Shown here: positions 40,152 to 48,542 of the stretch, in pieces
Layout: each line of letters begins with the position of its first letter
Numbering within the stretch: the first letter of the stretch is position 1
Assembly (NCBI GenBank): GCA_038065355.1
Contig: JBBTRC010000008.1
Span: 5,406-69,405, forward strand
Length of the DNA stretch: 64,000 nucleotides
Direction: 5' to 3'
Origin: Patescibacteria group bacterium
Lineage (GTDB): Bacteria > Patescibacteriota > Minisyncoccia > Phycocordibacterales > UBA918
The notes under the pieces: model-generated
Seen by the model: only the letters and a program-made list of their open reading frames with translations
What the model was told of the DNA's origin: nothing
The model's database searches: none
Program-made: the position numbers and the translations under genes

Positions 40152-41483
40152 TCATTTACGCTTCTTGCGAACCTTTCGGGCTGATTTGACCTTCTCTCGA
40201 TGCAGTCGACGAGCTTCTTCTTTGGCTTTCCGCTCCTCCTCACGCTGTTTCATCTCCTCAGGCGGAACCACACGAAGATGATCCATGATTTTGTATCCCT
40301 TGAGGATTACGTACGGATCGCCAAAGTGATACCACGGATGCATCTGATTCCATTCCTTTCCATCTTTTACCTCCTTAACCATATGCGATTCAAGAAGCTT
40401 TTTCGGAGGCAGAAAATCCTTGTTGTCTTTGATCAGGAATAGCTGTGTATGCACACCCTCGCCATAATGAGTGACAGTGCGAGAATTGACGATACCTGCT
40501 CTAATCCACTTCTGGAGCGTCTGGCCTTTGACGTTGAAGTAGTGGTCGAAATCGTGTTTGGTATACCAACCGTCCTTGTTCTTTGCGAGAGACGCTGGTA
40601 TCTCCTTCTTGTCGATCGCCTTCTGGCAGACGAGGCACTTGATGCCGTACTGGTCGTACCAATTATCTCCCTCAGGAGTACTGTCTCCGCAGATGGCACA
40701 CCTATAGCCAACTCCTTCCCGATGAAAACCTTTGGGATTTTCTTCGAGTCTCTTATCTAGTGCTTTCTGCTTCTCGTCCCATTCCTCCATAAACTTACCA
40801 GCTCGCTCCATATTCCATTTTAGGTCTTGGAACTCTCGACCCTTCTCCTCAGTCAGACAGAAGCGGTCACGATCCTCGACAAAGTGTTCGTCGTACTCGT
40901 CTTCCGTCTTGGACCACACGTACTCATCCGTCTCTATATGCTTACACTTCGGACAAGTGTACGTGGTTACAATCTTTTCCTTATCATCGGTGACCGCTTC
41001 CTTGGTTGGATTGGCACACTTAGCACAAAGGTGAGGCTTAGATCGCCACTCCTCACCATCATTAAAAAATGCCCGACGTGGTAGGCACTTGTTCGGGCAT
41101 TCAAACATAAAGAGGACACGGTCTGGCTTGTCTTCGTCTCCGTGCCAAAGTTGCTTGTCTAAAACAGCGAGGCGGTTGCGACAGGTAAGGCAACGGATGT
41201 CTTCTGGTGGTTGTGCCGACTCCAGTAATTCATCTCGTTGTCGGTCTCGTTCCATCCACCCATTGATGGTCTTTTCCTTACTGAGGTATCGCTCACCCTT
41301 TTCAAACGTGAGCATCAGTTCATGGACGTAGTTCTTGACCGCCTCTGATTCTTTCTTGGTGACCTTCTTATCTTTCGGAATCTCAGTTTCGGATTGGGTC
41401 TTTTCAAGACGACGGCAACGCTCGACGGTATGCTTGTCGTATAGGTCTATGTAGTATTGTTTTGACTTAAGATGCTCTATCAC
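40152..41483 (-). CDS. Hypothetical multi-Zn-ribbon protein with HTH-like segment
   Basis: CLTC, CPNKC, CAKC, CPKC, CAIC, CLVC; FNVKGQTLQKWIRAG. Confidence 0.75.
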   Translation of the reverse strand: MIEHLKSKQYYIDLYDKHTVERCRRLEKTQSETEIPKDKKVTKKESEAVKNYVHELMLTFEKGERYLSKEKTINGWMERDRQRDELLESAQPPEDIRCLTCRNRLAVLDKQLWHGDEDKPDRVLFMFECPNKCLPRRAFFNDGEEWRSKPHLCAKCANPTKEAVTDDKEKIVTTYTCPKCKHIETDEYVWSKTEDEYDEHFVEDRDRFCLTEEKGREFQDLKWNMERAGKFMEEWDEKQKALDKRLEENPKGFHREGVGYRCAICGDSTPEGDNWYDQYGIKCLVCQKAIDKKEIPASLAKNKDGWYTKHDFDHYFNVKGQTLQKWIRAGIVNSRTVTHYGEGVHTQLFLIKDNKDFLPPKKLLESHMVKEVKDGKEWNQMHPWYHFGDPYVILKGYKIMDHLRVVPPEEMKQREEERKAKEEARRLHREKVKSARKVRKKRK

Positions 41484-41529
41484 AGAATAATTATAAAATA
41501 TTCTGTGATAGAGGAAAATAGTATCTAAA

Positions 41530-42231
41530 TTATTTTCCCTTCACCGCTTGTCCGATGTGCCACACCAGCCGTTCGTACGACCAGCGATCAAGTGCTCTTT
41601 GTCCACTGAGCATTGAGGTAAAGAACATCGGTATTTTCTTTCCACCTCTAGTGAACCAATGGAAGCCACGTTCTGCATCCCATGAGAGGTCATCCTTTAT
41701 GTATTCACGAAGTATCTCTGAAGCTGTCGCATTAGTTACCACGACACAGCGAGGTTCGGTCTGCACCAAGATCTCCTCAAACAGCTTGATCTGATCCATT
41801 CCGAATTCGTTAAGCTTGCCCTTGCTTCGCACACGGTTCATAAAACTGCTCTGAGAAGTTTCCTTGTATAGAAAGAGGTCGATGTGTTGCCACTCAAGCC
41901 CAACCTTCTTGGCAATCTCTATCGGTCTGCCGAAGTATTGGGAATAGTTCTGGTATGCATAGTTCTCCATCTTGATGCAGTCATCGATCAGTTTAGGGTC
42001 GGATGAGATATTCTGCCACTTGAAAAAAGTGACCATGTCGAAATCTGCGTACTCGGTATCCTTGAGTATCGTCCTGAATCCGCGAGCACTGAACGATGGG
42101 TTCATTCCGACAAACAGCAGTCGGTCTTTGTGTAGCTCGTCATAAAAAAGCGGAGCGTACACATCAGTGTTGCCAGTAAAGTGTCTATTCCAAAGGGCTA
42201 CTATTTTCTGATTGATTTCCGAATTTCTCAT
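41530..42231 (-). CDS. Uracil-DNA-glycosylase-like fold protein
   Basis: LLFVGMNPS; P.CVVVTN. Confidence 0.55.
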   Translation of the reverse strand: MRNSEINQKIVALWNRHFTGNTDVYAPLFYDELHKDRLLFVGMNPSFSARGFRTILKDTEYADFDMVTFFKWQNISSDPKLIDDCIKMENYAYQNYSQYFGRPIEIAKKVGLEWQHIDLFLYKETSQSSFMNRVRSKGKLNEFGMDQIKLFEEILVQTEPRCVVVTNATASEILREYIKDDLSWDAERGFHWFTRGGKKIPMFFTSMLSGQRALDRWSYERLVWHIGQAVKGK

Positions 42232-42882
42232 ATATTGCTCGTATAATCACACTTGGGATAGGTACTGCATCCCATAAATCTGCCGAACTTTCCCTTACGT
42301 TCAACCAGCTGTCCTCCGCACTTTGGACATACGGTATCAGCTACTGGCATCTCGACATTAGCAAGCTTCATGTACTCCATGAGCTTGAAGCGGTCAACGA
42401 GTTCAATGGGCTTTCCTTCCGCAAACTTCTCAGCGTCGAGCGTGAACACGTTGGTGGTTATGAAATACCCCTTACCACCATCAATCTTGTCTGCAATAGC
42501 ACCGTAGAAGTCACGTACAGCTCCGACAGGAACTTGGCGAGTGATGAACCTTGCACTGAATGTAATGGACAACGCCGTCCTTCTCAGCTTCAACGTCGAT
42601 ACCGCCATCACCTCTGCCACCGACTGTTTTCGTCTTGTACCCGAGAGAGCGGAAAAGCTCCTCGATATAGTTCTCGAATTGAGTTGGCGTGAGGTATTGG
42701 AGATCCTGTATTTTCTTCTTCCCGAGAAACCACTTGATCTTGCTTTTTCTATCTAGGAGATCCGTCAGTATCCTGAAAGAAAGTGCCAGAAGCAAAACAC
42801 CCCCTGCCATTAGGTAGAGTCCTTTGAATTGCCAAAAGCTTTTCAGTGTCTGTATTAAAATGTCTCCTAAATTGAATTCCAT
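42228..42882 (-). pseudogene. Mrr-family restriction endonuclease with topoisomerase-type Zn ribbon, frameshifted near 42550
   Basis: FENYI..GDGGIDV..IQCK in one frame; V.V..VRDFYG..ITTN.FT..A and CPKCG..GKFGRFMGCSTYPKC in another. Confidence 0.85.
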
Positions 42883-42896
42883 ATTTTTAAAATTAA

Positions 42897-44081
42897 TTAA
42901 GTCGTCTTTACTTCCTCAAGTTTTTCGTAGGTCATCAATGGTTCCGTGACTATTCCAGAAAAATACTCTTGGATATGTGGGTTATACCTGAACCATTCGG
43001 TTAACAATTCTTGAGCTAAACTTAGATCGAAGACCCCTTCCACAAGGAACATCTTGTGTCGTTTGCCAATTTTTTCGTCTAAATCCAATCCACTCTCTAT
43101 CTGATAATAGTATTTTTTATATTCGTCTAATTCAAATACACGCACCGCACCATCTAAATGTGTGAAGCACTCCTTTTTCTGGTCAAAACAGAAATGTGCA
43201 AATTTCTGAATAGAGTACTTCTCACCCATACCTGAAGACTTTCCGCCAAGTGGTGCTTCAACCGGACAGTATTCCTCAATCATGAACTCACGAAGTCCGT
43301 TGTCCATCATTTTTGTTCTAAAAACTGTATGCCTGACATCGTAACTCATGCAATGAACTCCACGGCTCGAATGTAATGTCCTTTCGTTACGATGCGAATC
43401 TTTCAGCAAAGACTCTGTAAAGGGCGGACCATACCAGTGATCGAACTCCATTATTTCTCTGTAGTTTTTTGCATCAGTAATTCTTAAGGGATCCAGTCTT
43501 ACAGAGACATTTGCTCCAGCGTCAAACGCCTTATCTAGTAAGGATGGCATACCAACAAAATGAGAAGAGTAGTATCTTCGAAGAAATTGATGGGGGTATA
43601 TCAATTTAGTGCCTCCAAAGATAATCCCGTGGTTCTTCATTTGTATACGATTATCAGAAAGATTCACAAGAAAATCATCACTGATTTCAATCTTCAATTC
43701 ATTAAAAAGTGATTGATCTAGAATATGCTCGACATGATCATCTAGTCGAAGTCCCTTTTTCTGTACAAGAGCCATGCTTATATGCATCGCGACTTTATCT
43801 AGATCAAGATTTTCCTTATCTTGTCCAAAAAATAAAGCGTAACTTAGCCATTCTGGCTTTGGTGTCAAACTAATAAGTTCTTTAAAATTATTTTCATCTG
43901 CTACAAAAGTCTTGATAAGCGAATATAATTTTGAGCAGTATTTTCCAATATCTGTTTTTGGATTATCCGATATAAAGACATGCATATCTACCAATGCAAA
44001 TAGATTTCGATTTGCCAGTTCAATAGCAATAGTATTTGTTATTTCATCTATTTCTTTATTATTTAATAATTTTTCCTGCAT
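42897..44081 (-). CDS. Hypothetical protein
   Basis: 394-aa ORF within the operon. Confidence 0.75.
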   Translation of the reverse strand: MQEKLLNNKEIDEITNTIAIELANRNLFALVDMHVFISDNPKTDIGKYCSKLYSLIKTFVADENNFKELISLTPKPEWLSYALFFGQDKENLDLDKVAMHISMALVQKKGLRLDDHVEHILDQSLFNELKIEISDDFLVNLSDNRIQMKNHGIIFGGTKLIYPHQFLRRYYSSHFVGMPSLLDKAFDAGANVSVRLDPLRITDAKNYREIMEFDHWYGPPFTESLLKDSHRNERTLHSSRGVHCMSYDVRHTVFRTKMMDNGLREFMIEEYCPVEAPLGGKSSGMGEKYSIQKFAHFCFDQKKECFTHLDGAVRVFELDEYKKYYYQIESGLDLDEKIGKRHKMFLVEGVFDLSLAQELLTEWFRYNPHIQEYFSGIVTEPLMTYEKLEEVKTT

Positions 44082-44085
44082 ATGG

Positions 44086-44952
44086 TTAATACCAACAAAC
44101 TTCGGACTTGCTATCTGTCAGATTCTCCAAATATATTTCTGCCTCACGCAGACCACCAATATCATCAATTAGATGAAGTTCTTTTGCTCGCTCACCAAGC
44201 ACAGAAGATCCATCGGAAATAATTTCAACTTCAGTTAAGGGAATATTTCTATTGGTCGATACATCTGCAATAAAGTTCTGATGTACGATTTTAATATCTC
44301 TTAAAAATATCTGTCTTTCTTCCTCTGTGAGAGGACGATCAGGATCACCTGCATCTTTGTATTTTCCTGAACTCAATTGCACGTAGTCACTTCCATCTTT
44401 TTGATTTTTTCCTACGTTCTGGAGATAAGATGCTGTGACACCAATACTTCCAACATCAGAATTTTTGGAAGCAAAGATATAATCTGCACCTGTTACTGCC
44501 CAATAAGCCGCAGAGAGTCCACTTTGTCTTATTACGGCAACAGTAGGTTTCTCACTATTCTTAAGAGAATTGGCAACTTCCTCGCCAGCAACTGGTAAGC
44601 CTCCCAATGAATCAACCTCAATCAAGATTGCTTCAATAGCATCATCTTCATTTGCCTGCTTAATCAAATAGTTTATATCTTCACTTGCTACAATATCTTT
44701 GTCGATAAAAACATCGTCTTCACTTTGGGGTGGAATATATGTCCAAAGTGTTCCATGTAAATTAATACCCATAATCGAACAATCGTAGTCCTCATCTGAA
44801 TATTCATTGGAGGTTGCAATAAAGGGTGCCTTAATTACTCCATCGTAAATCGCATAGCTGACAATTGCTAATACGATAAATGACAATCCAAACCCTATCT
44901 TCTTTAAGACAATTCCTTTTCCATTCCAGATTTTTATTAGTTGATTATTCAT
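44086..44952 (-). CDS. sppA: S49 signal peptide peptidase (SppA-like)
   Basis: VDSLGG, SAAYW, VGSIGV, GKYKD, A.EL.LID. Confidence 0.9.
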   Translation of the reverse strand: MNNQLIKIWNGKGIVLKKIGFGLSFIVLAIVSYAIYDGVIKAPFIATSNEYSDEDYDCSIMGINLHGTLWTYIPPQSEDDVFIDKDIVASEDINYLIKQANEDDAIEAILIEVDSLGGLPVAGEEVANSLKNSEKPTVAVIRQSGLSAAYWAVTGADYIFASKNSDVGSIGVTASYLQNVGKNQKDGSDYVQLSSGKYKDAGDPDRPLTEEERQIFLRDIKIVHQNFIADVSTNRNIPLTEVEIISDGSSVLGERAKELHLIDDIGGLREAEIYLENLTDSKSEVCWY

Positions 44953-44955
44953 GAA

Positions 44956-45537
44956 TTAATATTGGTCAAATTGCGAAAGATCAACATCGCTTGCACTCGC
45001 TGTACCGCCAGTCACTTCATTTAATGTTACTTCCCATCCTGCTGACTGTGTAGCTGTTGTTTCAAACTCAAATGTCTCATCGAATGCAGAGGCGTGAGCA
45101 TTTCGATTGAATTTCTGCGTCGATGTATTCCAATCTGTTCCTTGTGCAAATGCAAGCCAATATGTACCGTCATCTATATTTTCCATTGTGTAAGTACTGT
45201 TGGCTTTGATGTATACAGTAAGTACTGAGGCACCGTCACGAATCAATTTTGCCACCGCGTCATAACTAGTTCCATTACTAATTTGCAACTGTCCTTCACC
45301 TTGCAAATACACACTTTGCTTCTTCAAGACAGTACCAGTCGGAAGCGAATTTCCTGGCGTAAGATCTGGAACCTGTACTGTCTCTTGCTGAGATGGCGTT
45401 CCTGGCGAAGGAGTTGGCAGAGGTGATGATGTGCTGGTGTCTTCCATAGCCCCCCAAATAATCAAACCAACAACAATTAGCCAGGACCACCAGCGGGCCA
45501 CAAATCGAAGAACGTCTTTTATTGATAAGTTTTGCAT
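44956..45537 (-). CDS. Membrane-anchored beta-sandwich protein
   Basis: TM, Pro/Thr linker, I.NGT..DAV.KL..GTY..FA.G.DW. Confidence 0.7.
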   Translation of the reverse strand: MQNLSIKDVLRFVARWWSWLIVVGLIIWGAMEDTSTSSPLPTPSPGTPSQQETVQVPDLTPGNSLPTGTVLKKQSVYLQGEGQLQISNGTSYDAVAKLIRDGASVLTVYIKANSTYTMENIDDGTYWLAFAQGTDWNTSTQKFNRNAHASAFDETFEFETTATQSAGWEVTLNEVTGGTASASDVDLSQFDQY

Positions 45538-45543
45538 AAAATA

Positions 45544-45864
45544 TTAATCATTATTTTTATAATGTTTTGGCGACCTAAAGAACAGAACCGCCACTACAAT
45601 ATCCACAACAGACCAAAGGAAGTGACCGAAATATAGTGGGTTGATCGGATTAAAAACAATAGCGATACCAATCATGATCAACATCCATTTCTTGTTCTTT
45701 TCTTTATGATAAAGATACACAGAGAATACAGCCGATCCAAAAACCACAAGTTTCAACGCTTGGTAAAAGAAATAAGGCCAGATTGGAATTACAGCAACAA
45801 GCAAAACAATGGCCGCAATCTTTGAGAATAGTATTCGATATTCGCTTTGTTCTTTGGTTACCAT
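45544..45864 (-). CDS. DUF6804-like membrane protein
   Basis: PYFFYQALK..VFNPI.P...W.VVD. Confidence 0.75.
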   Translation of the reverse strand: MVTKEQSEYRILFSKIAAIVLLVAVIPIWPYFFYQALKLVVFGSAVFSVYLYHKEKNKKWMLIMIGIAIVFNPINPLYFGHFLWSVVDIVVAVLFFRSPKHYKNND

Positions 45865-45869
45865 ATTTT

Positions 45870-46949
45870 TTACGATCGTTCTAAATCACCGAATTGACTA
45901 TAGTAGGCAATTTCCTCGACTGAAATCGAAGGGGTAAATTTTTTGATTGCATTAATCAACATTTTTTCATTGACCATTTGCTCATCCTCTAATACTGCCG
46001 CACGAGCCGCTTCGGTTACGATAAGCTCAATATCTGATCCTACATAGTTCTCAGACATCTTAGCGAGCTTTTCAAAATCAATTTTTTTATCATAAGGTCG
46101 ACCTGAGAGACAGATTTTAAATAAGTCCCTCCGTGCTTCTAGGTCTGGTGGTCCAACAAATATACGCTTGTCCATTCGTCCAGATCGTAAGATTGCCGTG
46201 TCGATCATGTGAGGACGGTTTGTGGCTCCCACAACTAAGATTTTACTGCTACCAGCATTGTTAAGCTGGAGGAGAAACTCGTTGATTTCTTCTTTCTTAA
46301 TATCTGCGGATGAACTGAGTTCTTCTCGCTTTGGGATAAGACCCTCGATCTCATCAATAAAGACAATTGATGGTGCCTGCAGTCTTGCCATCTCAAAGAC
46401 TTTGCCAATATTTCCAACGGCACCGTGCACATATGACGTGGCAACAGAAGATGGATTCATTTCTATAAAACTGTACCCAAGTTGTTCAGCCAACTTTTTA
46501 ACAATAAAGGTCTTCCCACATCCAGGAGGTCCGAACAACAAGATACCGTTAGGGATACCTAGCTTAAATTTCTTATACTTCTCTGGGTTCATGAGTGGCT
46601 CAATCACATCATTCATAAGCATTGCTTTGAGGGGCCTCATTCCTGCAACACAATCAAAACCTCGCAAGACAGTCAGGTCATCGATGATTGCAGTAATCTT
46701 GTCGTGAGAATGCTCGTCAGTTATAACACCGAGGTATTTTTTACCGCTTATTTCGAGATGTACGAGATCGTACTTTTGACTACGGTCAATAATCTCATCC
46801 TGTTGGATGTTGGTAAATAAATAGAGGAACTTATCATTTGAAAGCGAATACACCTCAGTGAAAAAAATCTTTTCTACACGAGCAACCACACTCAATTTAT
46901 CTTTGAGTTTGTAGCCTGGGTGTAAAAGTGGTTTTGTTGGATTTGTCAT
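45870..46949 (-). CDS. AAA+ ATPase (CDC48/FtsH-like single module)
   Basis: GPPGCGKT, IVFIDE, ATNRP..D.AILR.GR.D; start at MTNPTK. Confidence 0.93.
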   Translation of the reverse strand: MTNPTKPLLHPGYKLKDKLSVVARVEKIFFTEVYSLSNDKFLYLFTNIQQDEIIDRSQKYDLVHLEISGKKYLGVITDEHSHDKITAIIDDLTVLRGFDCVAGMRPLKAMLMNDVIEPLMNPEKYKKFKLGIPNGILLFGPPGCGKTFIVKKLAEQLGYSFIEMNPSSVATSYVHGAVGNIGKVFEMARLQAPSIVFIDEIEGLIPKREELSSSADIKKEEINEFLLQLNNAGSSKILVVGATNRPHMIDTAILRSGRMDKRIFVGPPDLEARRDLFKICLSGRPYDKKIDFEKLAKMSENYVGSDIELIVTEAARAAVLEDEQMVNEKMLINAIKKFTPSISVEEIAYYSQFGDLERS

Positions 46950-46959
46950 ATATTTATAT

Positions 46960-47823
46960 TTAATAAGGTGCTGTACATATGTATTTACCGTCCTCGACGT
47001 AACCGGCATATCTACTATTTCGACCCACATCTTTTTCACATATTGCATTTATCGATGCTGTACTAACACACGAGTTTCTCTCAATGTCCCAGTCATATCC
47101 ATATCCACAATCGCACACTCGTTTCCCATCTTCCGTAGTCGAATAAGCACCAGTTCCATAACTATTCACGCACGACTGATTGAACGAGCTAAGGGAATAA
47201 CATGCAGTTCGCCCGCTATCCCAGTAAGAACCAACTTCACAATCACATATGTTTTTTCCGTCAGCAGGATCTACTTTAAGGAAACTTGTCCCTGGCCACT
47301 GTGAAGCACAGCTTTCATCACGTGCAACTGTGAAGTTTACGCACTGTTGCGAGGTAGCACCTAAGGAATATCCAGCTGTACAACCGCAAGAATTCGTAGC
47401 ACTATCATATGTTGCATTGTATCCATTACGCTCCTGACAAATTTCTAGAGGAGTTTGAACCACAGGAGTTGTTTGTGTCCTTTCGGCTACTGGAACGTAG
47501 GAATTTGTATCTGTCTCTGCTTCGACATCTGTTTCTGAAGTATCAAAAATATCATTCAATGATTCGCTATTTGAGGGTGGGGGCAAAGTATTAGTCGTTG
47601 CTGTGCTATTACTATCTCCACTACTGGCACTTACAGCAATAATAATTATTAAAACTCCAAGAGCAATCGCTCCCAGTGTCCATTTAGCACCATCTGACAT
47701 TGCTGACTCATCAACCGTCGATTTATGTGACGGTTGATGAGATCCCTTCTTTTCTGATTTTTTAGGAGCACCTTCCCCAAGGAAGTCCAAATCAAGTTTT
47801 AGTTTTTTATCTTTATGCTCCAT
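46960..47823 (-). CDS. Single-TM protein with Cys-rich EGF-like repeats
   Basis: Repeats C..(Y/W)(G/P)..C.C..GY...C. Confidence 0.8.
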   Translation of the reverse strand: MEHKDKKLKLDLDFLGEGAPKKSEKKGSHQPSHKSTVDESAMSDGAKWTLGAIALGVLIIIIAVSASSGDSNSTATTNTLPPPSNSESLNDIFDTSETDVEAETDTNSYVPVAERTQTTPVVQTPLEICQERNGYNATYDSATNSCGCTAGYSLGATSQQCVNFTVARDESCASQWPGTSFLKVDPADGKNICDCEVGSYWDSGRTACYSLSSFNQSCVNSYGTGAYSTTEDGKRVCDCGYGYDWDIERNSCVSTASINAICEKDVGRNSRYAGYVEDGKYICTAPY

Positions 47824-47828
47824 AGTTT

Positions 47829-48542
47829 TTATTCAAATAATGCACTGGCAATGACCAATACGTAGAAAATTGCAGGCGCAACAACGAACCAGAATATACC
47901 TCGACCTTTCTGCACATGCATGACTTTTTTCACACCCTGATAACTAATATAAATTGAGTAGCCGATTGCCAAGAGAGAAAGAATTCCAAAAATAACATCC
48001 ACACTGGATGCTTCTGAATAATAGAGATCAAAATAATCACTGCCGTAAGCAACGTGATTAAGGAGCAGAGAACCAATAGCTGTCACTGAAATTGGGAGAG
48101 AAGAAAAAGTATAGATATTTCGGGCTGTATCGATAGTGCCAGATCCTTTTGACCATCCGACTCGAACATGATAGAACCAGCCACCGATGTAATAAGCAAT
48201 TGCTCCAGATAAGATACCTCCGAATAGAGCAATCGCCCAAACTTCACCCCAACTAGAGGATTCAGAGCCAGTAAGTCGATCCGCTGCACTCCCGATACCA
48301 AGAATCCAAATCGCCAAAAGTAGGTATTTTGGATTAGATGTAACCAGATGTTTCTGTGCGAATTCGCTAAAGTTTGTAAAACAGTCTTTAAAATACTCAA
48401 AGAATTTAACTCTATCTGCACTAGGAACAGACGTAGGCTCTGGGGTTGCGACTGGAACACTAGTTTGCTCCCCAGCTTTTTGTGGACTTTTGTCTAAGAA
48501 ATCAAAATTTAAAGATTTTTTCTCGTTCATATATTTATCCAA
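47829..48542 (-). CDS. Yip1-like multi-pass membrane protein
   Basis: About 5 TM helices; GG/G.G pattern; alternative start at 48530 (MNEKK). Confidence 0.65.
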   Translation of the reverse strand: MDKYMNEKKSLNFDFLDKSPQKAGEQTSVPVATPEPTSVPSADRVKFFEYFKDCFTNFSEFAQKHLVTSNPKYLLLAIWILGIGSAADRLTGSESSSWGEVWAIALFGGILSGAIAYYIGGWFYHVRVGWSKGSGTIDTARNIYTFSSLPISVTAIGSLLLNHVAYGSDYFDLYYSEASSVDVIFGILSLLAIGYSIYISYQGVKKVMHVQKGRGIFWFVVAPAIFYVLVIASALFE

